Source: a virus (Duplodnaviria > Caudoviricetes). Taken from it: a DNA stretch of 26,890 nucleotides. Within the stretch, counting starts at the first letter, position 1; each line of letters begins with the position of its first letter. Positions 1-8,800 of this stretch are shown here, piece by piece. A model generated the notes under the pieces. It was given only the letters and a program-made list of their open reading frames with translations. It did no database searches and was not told where the DNA came from. The position numbers were made by a program, and so were the translations under genes. Location of the stretch: positions 1 through 26,890 of the IMG/VR virus record IMGVR_UViG_3300036778_000027; one strand, given 5' to 3'.

Positions 1-1
1 A

Positions 2-805
2 GGGGGGGATTCTGGGAATCCGCCACCGCCGCCCCCCGGCCACAACCGGCCGCACCCCGGCACCCTCACGCCCGAGCAGTTGCGCGAGTTTCTGCTGGAC
101 GCGTGGTCCGAGTTGATCCGTCGCAGGGACGAAATCCTTGGCGGCATCGACCGGGCGACCGCCCAGTACGAGACCATCCCCAACGAGGACGTGCTGGCGA
201 AGATGACCGACTTTGTGAGCAGTCAGGGGGTGATAGGCCGCTTCCTAGCCGCCGCCGACCACCAGCACGACGAGGAGAAGGCGCCATTCCTCGCCTCCGG
301 CCGGGTGATCGACGGCATGTGGCACGAGATCATCGACAAGGTGAAAGCCGGCCGCGAGGTGCTGCTGTCCCGGATGACCGCGTTTGCCCGGGCGGAGGAC
401 GAGCGAAAGCGCAAACTGGCGTTCGAGGCTGCCCAGAAGGCGGCGGAAGAGGCGAAGGCCCTGGAGCGCAAGGCGGAGCGCAGCGGCGACGAGGAGGACT
501 TCGAGGCAGCCGCGGCCAAGTACCATCAGGCGGAAACCGCGATCGACCTCGCCAATGCCCGGCCGGCCGAGCGCACCCGCACCCGGGGCGAGTTGGGCAC
601 GGTGGGCAGCCTCCGGGGCACCTGGAAATTCTTCCCCGAGGAGAGCGAACTGGCCGCCCTGGTCAAGGCCGCAGCCGCGCCCGGCGGGGCATCGCTGCTG
701 CGGTATCTCGCGTTCAACGACAAGGCGATCGGCTTTGGCGTGCGGTCGGAAAAACTCCGGGAACTGCCGGGATGCGTCATTCGGGAGGAGCGGAAATATG
801 GCTGA
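2..805 (+). CDS. Phage coiled-coil protein (Gam/Gp157-like, tentative); 5' end lies outside the window
   Basis: Frame is open from base 2 (GGDSGNPPPPPPGHNRP...), upstream of the tracked TTG at 80. GHNxP motif, EKAPFLASGRVID, long Ala/Glu/Lys helices and a C-terminal RELPGCVIREE resemble proteins found next to phage recombinases. Confidence 0.6.
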   Translation, partial: GGDSGNPPPPPPGHNRPHPGTLTPEQLREFLLDAWSELIRRRDEILGGIDRATAQYETIPNEDVLAKMTDFVSSQGVIGRFLAAADHQHDEEKAPFLASGRVIDGMWHEIIDKVKAGREVLLSRMTAFARAEDERKRKLAFEAAQKAAEEAKALERKAERSGDEEDFEAAAAKYHQAETAIDLANARPAERTRTRGELGTVGSLRGTWKFFPEESELAALVKAAAAPGGASLLRYLAFNDKAIGFGVRSEKLRELPGCVIREERKYG

Positions 806-1340
806 CGATCCGGTCGAAATGCCGACGCCCGAGGAGATGCTGCGACACTGCGCATCCGATTCGGCGGCCGGGGCGATCCTTGGCGTTGGCAGCGCCGACG
901 CGGAGCAAGGCTACCAAGCGCTTTTTACCACCATCCATCTGGTCCTGACGCTGCTGGAGCGCACCAAGAACGGCCGCCCCTTCGCCGCGATGGTGGACGT
1001 GCTGGCGAAGCAACTCCTCGAATCCGGTCCCGATCCGGACGCGCGCGAGCACTTCCGCGATTCCTGGCACCACCGGGCAGCCGACGAGGACGAGATCACG
1101 GTACCGGACGCATTCTCCGGCCCGATGATCAATGGGAGCGCGCGGGCGGCAGTCACCGGTCTGCGCATGGCCTTGGGACCGCTGCCAGCCCCGCTCTACG
1201 CTATCGCTCTGGCGACCATCGTCGCATCGACCGCCGAAACCCTGACCGAGCGCGGCAGCGACGGTCACCGCACCATGCCGACGGTGGCCAAGCTTCTACA
1301 GAGCGCCGCCGCCACCCGGAAACCACGCACCCTGAACTGA
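798..1340 (+). CDS. Hypothetical helical protein (MADDPVEM...)
   Basis: ATG at 798 follows GGAGGAG and overlaps the upstream stop; the tracked 384 start is an upstream extension. Confidence 0.7.
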   Translation: MADDPVEMPTPEEMLRHCASDSAAGAILGVGSADAEQGYQALFTTIHLVLTLLERTKNGRPFAAMVDVLAKQLLESGPDPDAREHFRDSWHHRAADEDEITVPDAFSGPMINGSARAAVTGLRMALGPLPAPLYAIALATIVASTAETLTERGSDGHRTMPTVAKLLQSAAATRKPRTLN

Positions 1341-1346
1341 GGCACC

Positions 1347-1961
1347 ATGCCGATCACCCTCTATTTCGACACCGCCACTACCGGCCAATGGGCATACCGA
1401 GAGCCGAGCGACGCGCCAGGGCAACCCCGCATGTGCCGCCTCGCCTACGTGCTGGCCGAGGACTCTGGCGAGGAACTCGATTTCTACAGCGCGCTGGTCC
1501 AACCAGAGCCGGACTGGCCACCGTTCCAGGAGACCGCCACGGTATCGACCGGCATCAATCTCGCGATGTGCGCCGACTTTGGGACACCGCTGCGCGAGGT
1601 AATTGCGCGGTTCAATGGCGCCATGCTGCAAGCCAGCCAGACCTGCTCCTACAACACCGAATTCCACTGGCGCGTGGTGCGCAACGAGTATCGCCGCATG
1701 CACGATGGCGCCGACATGCCGATGCCGGCAGAGGTGACCGACCTATGCGCCATGCGGTACTGCACCGACGTGGTGCGCAAGCCGCGAATGAAGCCCGGCG
1801 GCGGTTACCAGTGGCCGAACCAGCGCGAGGCATACCAGCACTTCGCCGGCATCGCGCTGCCGCCCCCAACCGAACATGATCCGATCACGCGCGGACTGCT
1901 GATGGCCCGCGCCACCCGCCTGATTGCGGAAGGTAGCCGCAAAGCAAAGAGGACCACCTGA
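1347..1961 (+). CDS. DnaQ/DEDDh 3'-5' exonuclease-like protein with degenerate active site
   Basis: LYFDTATTG (ExoI-like), ALVQP, STGI, SYNTEFHWRVVRNE (ExoII-like), LCAM, WPNQREAYQHF match the phage DnaQ-like layout. Confidence 0.7.
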   Translation: MPITLYFDTATTGQWAYREPSDAPGQPRMCRLAYVLAEDSGEELDFYSALVQPEPDWPPFQETATVSTGINLAMCADFGTPLREVIARFNGAMLQASQTCSYNTEFHWRVVRNEYRRMHDGADMPMPAEVTDLCAMRYCTDVVRKPRMKPGGGYQWPNQREAYQHFAGIALPPPTEHDPITRGLLMARATRLIAEGSRKAKRTT

Positions 1962-1963
1962 AC

Positions 1964-3775
1964 ATGTCTGGGACCAACGTCACCGCTATGCCGTCGCGCG
2001 AGGCCGAGAAGCCGTTGCGCGAAGTCACGCGCTTCGCCGACCTCATGACCAACGCCGAATTCAAGCGCCGCCTGACCGAGTGCGTGCCCAAGGTACTGAC
2101 CGCGGACCAGATGCTGCGCTCGCTCAATCAGGCCCTGCGATCGTCGCCGAACCTCGCCAAGTGCGACGTGCTGGACGTGGCCGGCAAGGTGTTCATCTGC
2201 GCCCAGGCCGGGCTGGCCATCAACACGCCCCTTGGCCACGCCTATCTCGTGCCGTTCCAGAACAGCGTCCGCGATCCTGTCACCCGGCAGTGGGGCAAGA
2301 AATGGGTGTGTCAGGTCATATTCGGCTACCACGGACTGCTCGACCTCAGCTTCCGCAGTGGCTTGGTCGGCGCGGTATCGGCGCGGCAGGTCTGGGAGGA
2401 GGAGGTTAACGCCGGCCAGTTCTCATTCGAATACGGCACCGGCCGCCACCTGAAACACCGGCCGATGGGCCGTCCGCACAACGAGACGCCCGAGGCACAG
2501 GCTGCCGGCACGGATGACAAGCCGGTATGGGTCTGGGCGCACGCCACCATGACGGAGCGGCTTGGCGACGCGTTCGAGGTGCTGCCATGGGGCGAGGTTG
2601 AACAGGCCCGCAACCGCATCCCGGCCTATCAGTTCGCACTGTCGATGCTGGCCGACGCGCAATCCAAGGGAGAGAAACTCCCCAAGGGATACACGGAGGC
2701 GCCTTGGGTCCGGAACCGCCAGCAAATGGCGTGCAAAACCGCGTTCCGGCGCCTCAGCAACTGGCTTCCGAAATCCATCGAACTGGCGTCCGTGCTGGCC
2801 GTGGACGCGAAGCAGGACCGCGCGCCGATCGACATGGGGCCGATCATCGACAGCACGGACTACATCGCCGCCGCTGCCGACGCGGCAGAGGAGAGCGGCG
2901 ACCCTGGCGCGGCCTATGGCGTGCGCGACAACCAGGAGAGCACCGAGACCACCACGGAGGACAAGAAGCCGCCCCGGCAGACGCGGCAGACGCGCGCACA
3001 GAGTCCACAGCCGACGCCGACCCCGACGCCCACACCAACGCCCACGCCGACCCCCACCGCCACGAAATTCGATCACGTGCTGGTGGACCACGACGGAGAG
3101 ATCATCGAAGACACTTTCGGCACGCCCCTGTCGTTCGCCGAGGCGATTGCGCTCGCGTGGAACGAGGCTTTCCCGGCCGACCGCGGCGCGCTGCTGGAGA
3201 ACAACGCAGAGGCGATCGAGGCTGCCATGCAGGCATCGGCGCCAGCCGCCAACGTGCTGCGACCCATCATGCAGGACGAGGGAGCAGCTAACGAGACTCC
3301 AACGAGCACCGCGCCGGCGCTGATCACGCCGACCATGATCCGGGACAAGGCATCGTGGCCGCAGTACGTGCGCGACATGGATGCGGCGATCTACCAACTC
3401 ACGCCAGGGAATTTCGTGGACTGGTGCGCGGTGCAGGAGCCGCAGATCATCAAAGCGCCGCCGTCCACCCGAATGAAGATCATGGCATCGCTGGCCCGGC
3501 GCGCCGAGCAGATCGGCATGCAGCCCCCGGTGTTCGGCACCAATCAGGCGGCGGCAGAGGAGACGAAGGAGGAGACCGATAAGGACCAGAAAACTGCGGA
3601 CGAATTCTGCGCCCACATGGACACGATCCAGGAAATCCACGCGCTCCGGCAATTCGTGCAGGGTGGTACCGTGTCCGTGCTTATGCGCCGCTGGGAGCAG
3701 GACCGGCCCGAACTGTTCAGGCAGGTCAACGAGCACTTTGCCGCCACCGAAGCCAGCTTGAGAATGGGCGCGTGA
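1964..3775 (+). CDS. recT: RecT-family ssDNA annealing protein with about 300 aa C-terminal extension
   Basis: LGHAYLVPF, CQVIFGYHGLLDLSFRSG, PW...QMACKTAFRRLSNWLPKSIE are RecT family motifs. Confidence 0.9.
   Translation: MSGTNVTAMPSREAEKPLREVTRFADLMTNAEFKRRLTECVPKVLTADQMLRSLNQALRSSPNLAKCDVLDVAGKVFICAQAGLAINTPLGHAYLVPFQNSVRDPVTRQWGKKWVCQVIFGYHGLLDLSFRSGLVGAVSARQVWEEEVNAGQFSFEYGTGRHLKHRPMGRPHNETPEAQAAGTDDKPVWVWAHATMTERLGDAFEVLPWGEVEQARNRIPAYQFALSMLADAQSKGEKLPKGYTEAPWVRNRQQMACKTAFRRLSNWLPKSIELASVLAVDAKQDRAPIDMGPIIDSTDYIAAAADAAEESGDPGAAYGVRDNQESTETTTEDKKPPRQTRQTRAQSPQPTPTPTPTPTPTPTPTATKFDHVLVDHDGEIIEDTFGTPLSFAEAIALAWNEAFPADRGALLENNAEAIEAAMQASAPAANVLRPIMQDEGAANETPTSTAPALITPTMIRDKASWPQYVRDMDAAIYQLTPGNFVDWCAVQEPQIIKAPPSTRMKIMASLARRAEQIGMQPPVFGTNQAAAEETKEETDKDQKTADEFCAHMDTIQEIHALRQFVQGGTVSVLMRRWEQDRPELFRQVNEHFAATEASLRMGA
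3011..3058 (+). repeat. (Pro-Thr)8 linker in RecT
   Basis: ccgacg ccgacc ccgacg cccaca ccaacg cccacg ccgacc cccacc; the codons are diversified. Confidence 0.9.
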
Positions 3776-4008
3776 GCCGTCCGGAACTCGACGAACAGCG
3801 TGTCGGCGCGTTGATGCGCCGGCACCTGTTGGTGATCCGGGACCACTACCTGGACGGCACCCCGCAGCGCACAAAGGTGTTCGAGCAGTTGAACGCGCTC
3901 GCGGCGGCTTCCGCCTATGTGCTTGCCGGCACCGATGGCGAGGCCGAGCATTTCTTCCGCGAGGCCCTGGCGCACAATCTCAGCGAGATAAAGGCGCGCC
4001 ATGGCTGA
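3772..4008 (+). CDS. Hypothetical protein
   Basis: GTGA start/stop overlap with recT; 78 aa, helical. Confidence 0.7.
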   Translation: MSRPELDEQRVGALMRRHLLVIRDHYLDGTPQRTKVFEQLNALAAASAYVLAGTDGEAEHFFREALAHNLSEIKARHG

Positions 4009-4183
4009 CCTGTTTGCGCCGACGCTGCCCGAGATCATCATCGAACTGAACCGCGAGATTCAGATGCGCCAGCGCGTGTTCGGAGGGATGGTCCGCGCCG
4101 GCCGGATGAAGGCAGACGACATGGACCGTCGCATCAAGCTGATCGAGGCAGCGCGCGACATGCTGTTGAAGATCACCACATGA
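4001..4183 (+). CDS. Small conserved phage hypothetical protein
   Basis: ELNREIQMRQRVF..MVRAGRMK pattern is typical of a 60-70 aa phage family; overlaps both neighbours. Confidence 0.75.
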   Translation: MADLFAPTLPEIIIELNREIQMRQRVFGGMVRAGRMKADDMDRRIKLIEAARDMLLKITT

Positions 4184-4368
4184 GCCAGCCGAAAGCCGCG
4201 GACGATTTCTCCGCCATCGCCGCAAGGCTGCGCGAACTGGAGAAGGAACGGGAGACCACGTCGTGGTGCGAGCGCTGCAACCTGATTTACCCACCGGGCC
4301 ACGGCCGCCGGTGCCCTGGATGTGGAGAAACCTTCCAGACCAAGAAGCTGACCGGCAGCCTCTGGTGA
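4180..4368 (+). CDS. Small Zn-ribbon protein
   Basis: ATGA coupling; CERC...CPGC pair. Confidence 0.65.
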   Translation: MSQPKAADDFSAIAARLRELEKERETTSWCERCNLIYPPGHGRRCPGCGETFQTKKLTGSLW

Positions 4369-4631
4369 CGCCGCCGATCGACATCCTGGAGATCGCGCTG
4401 AACCGCGTGATGGCCGCGCGCATGGCCTACGCCGTCGCGCGGCTCCGCAACTGGGATTTCCAGTCAGGCGTTGCGAAGGATGCGCTGGAGGACGCGAAGG
4501 TAGACCTCGACCGCGCGTATGACTTCATCGAGTGGGCTAATGGCTTGCCGACCGTGCCTGCCGCCCTGTCAGCATCCTTTCGATCCGCACTTCGAAGGCG
4601 CCCAAATCAGCCCGGAACTCCTCCCGCGTAG
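4365..4631 (+). CDS. Hypothetical helical protein
   Basis: GTGA coupling at 4365-4368; VTPPIDILEIALNRVMAARMAY... The 3' end overlaps the convergent gene. Confidence 0.55.
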   Translation: MTPPIDILEIALNRVMAARMAYAVARLRNWDFQSGVAKDALEDAKVDLDRAYDFIEWANGLPTVPAALSASFRSALRRRPNQPGTPPA

Positions 4632-4887
4632 GAACCCGGGCCAGCCGCTCTGTCATCGCCTGCGTCACCGCCGCAAGTTCGCGTTGCGTCGATCGGACCT
4701 CGCGCCAGATTTCGGCGCGATCGTTGCGGCCTTCATCAAACCGTGCCTGCATCTCTTTACGAAGCCCCTCGACTTGTTCGGCGGCTTCCTCGCGCACCTC
4801 TTTCACGAAGCGGTAAAGAAAGCCGAACAGAGCAGAGACGACTGTAAAGCAAATACCAAGAATCCAGAGCAGGACGGGTTGATCCAC
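4537..4887 (-). CDS. Single-TM coiled-coil membrane protein (possible holin/lysis accessory)
   Basis: GTG at 4887 with AGGA upstream; N-terminal TM (VLLWILGICFTVVSALFGFLY) followed by a charged coiled coil; last gene of the late operon. Confidence 0.6.
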   Translation of the reverse strand: MDQPVLLWILGICFTVVSALFGFLYRFVKEVREEAAEQVEGLRKEMQARFDEGRNDRAEIWREVRSTQRELAAVTQAMTERLARVPTREEFRADLGAFEVRIERMLTGRQARSASH

Positions 4888-4970
4888 GGTGGTAGATTCC
4901 TGGTGAGGGGGCGCAGCGCGGCGCCTCATTACCTTCCGGGACCATAACACATCGTTACAACGCCCTCATT

Positions 4971-5858
4971 TCACGCGTTGGCAAAGATAATCTTGTTGAC
5001 CACCGCCACGGGAATCATGTTCTGCGAACCGCCCGCGCCCGCGTTGGCGATCGTCACCGCCGTGGTGTTGGTGGCCACCGTCACGCCCGTTGGATCAAGA
5101 CTCGTCGCTGGATTGTCGTGCAGCGGGATGCCGCCAGGGACGTTGCCCACATTGCCGGACGTGCTGCCACCGTCGCCGTCCTGAATGGCGCCGATCATGG
5201 TGTGCTGGTGGCCGGCGTCGTTGACCATGTGGCCGTGCCCAGGGTCCGTCAGCGTGTGATTGTGCGTCTGGAGCGCCTGATTGCCGCCGACGCCGCCCAA
5301 GGTGACGCCAGAGATGCCCGAGACGCCAGCCGTCACCCGGTTGGCCGCCGAGCCGCCCATGTCATCCCGGCCGATCGTGCCACGGCCGCGGAAGTCCGGC
5401 AGGTTGAACGTCGTGGAGCCGTCGCCGCTGCCCCATATGACGTTGATCGCCGTGAACAGTTCCGAGTACGTCGTGCGGCTGACCGCGGAGCCGTCGCACA
5501 GCAGCCAGCCGGTCGGCACCACGGGGCCGCACAGATCAATGCTGCACCCCACGGACGCCGCACCCGAGATCGGCAGCGACGGACCAACCGGGTCCATCGT
5601 CCATATCTCGACATCGTTGGCGTCCGTGAGCGCGACCTTGTAGGCGGGCGAGCCGAGCAGGAAGACGTTGCCGAACTGACCGAGCGAATCCGCGATGACC
5701 GGGTTTGTGTTCGGCGTGCTCAGGTTCACGTCCGAATAGGTCGCCTGCGGCGTTGTCGTGCCGGTCTCATAGAAAAACAGCTTGGCACCAGCCCGCGGGC
5801 CATCGGCGCCGATGGTGAACTGGTTCGGAATGACGAAACGGTTGCCACCACCAGCCAT
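4971..5858 (-). CDS. Tail fibre: podoviral virion-attachment domain plus tail collar domain
   Basis: AGAKLFFYETGTTTPQATYSD...NTNPVIADSLG attachment domain; PTGWLLCDGSAVSRTTYSELF...GDGSTTFNLPDFRGR tail collar; HNH/HGH/HQH His repeats; occupies the position of P22 gp9. Confidence 0.9.
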   Translation of the reverse strand: MAGGGNRFVIPNQFTIGADGPRAGAKLFFYETGTTTPQATYSDVNLSTPNTNPVIADSLGQFGNVFLLGSPAYKVALTDANDVEIWTMDPVGPSLPISGAASVGCSIDLCGPVVPTGWLLCDGSAVSRTTYSELFTAINVIWGSGDGSTTFNLPDFRGRGTIGRDDMGGSAANRVTAGVSGISGVTLGGVGGNQALQTHNHTLTDPGHGHMVNDAGHQHTMIGAIQDGDGGSTSGNVGNVPGGIPLHDNPATSLDPTGVTVATNTTAVTIANAGAGGSQNMIPVAVVNKIIFANA

Positions 5859-8800
5859 CAGCGATTCCCCTCTTCGTTTGCGACAGCGCCGATCGCAGTC
5901 GGCAGGAACCGCCGCTGAAACCGCGCCCAGGCGACGCTGCCCGGCTTCTGGCCAGCCTGCTCAAGCACGAGCCGGCCGAGCCGTGGATTGTTCGCCATCT
6001 CGACCGCCAGGCGTTCAGCGTTGGAGATGCCGGCCGCCCGCATGGCGCGCAGCTTGTTGGCGCCCAGGATGCCGACGATCGACGCGATGCCGGACGCAAA
6101 GCCGTTGTGAAACCCAGCCGTGCTGGCAGCCGCGCGACCGGCCGCCTCGCCCGCCATCGTGGATACGAAGTCCGAGGCACCCTGCTGCGCCCGCTCTTGA
6201 TGCGCGATCAGGTCGGCAGCCGTGGTCGGAGACCCTGGAACCTTGGACGCGTTGGCCGCACGCGCGCCCATCATCATGTCCTTGGCAACGTCCTGGATCA
6301 CCCGGGTTTGGTCCGGCGTGAGCACCGCCCGCATGACCGCCTGCACCTTCGGATCGGCCGCGAGCATCTTGACCGTGTTCTCGCGCAGCTTCGTATCGCC
6401 CGAAGTCCCGGCTTCGTTGGCCGAGCGGGCGCGTTCCAGGAACCACTCGATCACGTTGCGCCGCAGTCCGGAGACCGCCGCCGGTTCGTTCGCTGCGCCC
6501 TGCATAAGCTGGCGCGCCGCAAGGCCGGGATTAGGCGAGTTGATCAGCTTGTCGATCGCCGCGTGATTGGTCGGCGCCTCCTGCCCGTTCTTGGCCAGGA
6601 AGAAGCGGGCGGCGGAATTCTCATAGTCATCGAGCCGCTCACGGGCCGCGACCGACGCAGTCTCTGCCGTGCGCTGCGCCTCTGCGATGGTGGCAAACTG
6701 GCGCCGCAGTTCCGGGAATTTTTCGAACACCGGCGCGTATGCGTTCATGAACCGATCGTGCGCGGCAGCCGTGAAGCCACCCGGCCGGTTGATCACCGTG
6801 TTGCGGTAGAGGATCGCCGGATAGTCGCCCAGCAGCCGCTGCGCTGCCTCGACGCTGCCGGCCGCCTGGATCAGGTTGTCCGCCCGCGTCGCACCCGCCG
6901 GCCCTTGCGCGAAGAGCTTCGCCGGCGCGGACGCAGCGCCGATCCGGAAGCCGCCAGCCTCGTTGCCAGTCGCCAGCACCTCGCCGACCGCGCCGCGGCG
7001 AAACGTCTCCTTGTACTGGGCATACTCGCGCCGCAGCCGGGCGAGATCGCCGGCTTTCTCTGGCGGCAGGTATTCGGCACGCCCCGTCCCGAGCGGCGCT
7101 TCCGCCTGCCGGGCAAGGGGTGACACCCCGGGCCGCAGGTTCATCGAATCAATCTGCGCATGGCTGTCCAGCAGCCGGTCCTGGTCCGAACGCAGCGCGT
7201 CCCGGACTGCCTCCTCCGGATGGATGCCGTCGCGGGCCACCAGGAGTTGCGCGTGGGCAAGCTGTTCCGGCGTCATCCGCTGGCCCAGGCCGTGCTCCGC
7301 CTCCTGCACCTGATTGCGGGCATCGAGCATCGCCTGTTCCTGCAAGCGCTGCTCGCGCGCCGCTTGGGCGTGCATGTCGCCCTCAGCCTGTTCGTGCGCG
7401 CGGTAGACCTTGTTGCCGCGCAGTTCATCGTCGATCCGGTTTTTCAGGGCGTGATCGTCGGCGTCCGCCTTCAGGAAGCCTTCCGCTATGGCCCCCTCGC
7501 GCAGCGTGTTCAGCGAATTGCCGCGCTGCCCGTTGTTCACCAGCCGGCCGCCGGCGCGATGGTGGTATTCGTCGGCGCCCATCGTCGTCAGGTCACTGTC
7601 CCCGCGGACGCCCCCCTTGGAGATGATCCAGTCCAGAAGCGACTGCGGTGCCCGGCCGCCGTTCGCTGTCTGCTCGCCGGCGGCAGCCTCGATGCGCCCG
7701 AGCGCCTCATTGTAGGCTGGCCGGCCGCCCGTGGCCTTCCGCTGCGCAGCAATGATCGCATCGACGAGATCGGGCCGGGCGTGGTCCTGCGCCCACCGGA
7801 TAGACCGGATCGCGCCCTCTTCGTTGAACCCGCGTGTGCCGGCCGCCCGTTCGAAGGCGTCGCGCGCTACAGAGCCGTTGGGATGTTGGGTGGCTTCGGC
7901 CGCGAAATCTGATGGTGAAGGCGCCACGCGACCACCGCCTGGAGCGCCTCCTGCACCGCCGGCGTTTGGTGCCCCTGGCGCAGCACCTGCTCCGCCTTGT
8001 CCAGGCGTTCCAGCCGCTGATCCTCCGGGAACCGTAGGACCCACTCCTGCACCATTTGGGGAAGGAGGAGGGGGGGGAGTGCCTCCGGCATTCGCCTGCC
8101 TATCCGCTTCGTTGAGCGTGTCGATAATACGCTGCCCGGGCGGGTTGCGCGATGCATCTTCCGCGAGATGACGGGCCGCCGCTTCGTCGATCGACCGCCC
8201 GATCGCGTCTTCCACCTGCGACATGCGCCGATAGGCCATGCTCTCAGCGCCGTATTTCGGATCAGACCGGATGCCGCGCTTCGTCTCCGCGATGGCCGAT
8301 TGCAGGAGCCGCATCTGGTCAAAATCCTGCACGCCGCGGCGGCCGGCGGCATCGTCCAGGATTTTCTCCTCGCCCGGATAGAGCGGCGTGGCGTCGATCA
8401 TCTCGCCGCGAATCTTCGCGACCTGGTCCGCCACCGGCGTCGCGTCATAGGCGAGATTTTTGTCCTTATTCAGCAGGTCATACTGCTGGCCCAGACGCGT
8501 CTTTGCCGGCCGCTGGATCGCCTGCAAGCCCTCGCGCATGCCCTGCCCGGCTTCCTGGATCGTGCCCAGGCCGCCATGCACGCCGGCCGCTGACGCAGCG
8601 AGATCGGTCTGCGTTCCGACATTCGCGCGCGCCGTGTCCGCCTCGCGCTGGGCATCCTCGCGCAGCGCCCGGAAATAGTTGCCTGCATGCTCGACGAATT
8701 CCGGCGTTTCCAGGTTGCTGATCGCTGACTTGCGCGCCAGTTCGTTCAGCGCCTCGCGGGTGTTGAAGGTCTCCCGACCGTATCCGCTGTTGCGCAGGAT

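Noticed and set aside
8070-8077. G8 run as a phase-variation site
   Set aside because: Short, and explained by a poly-Pro linker in a probably essential gene.
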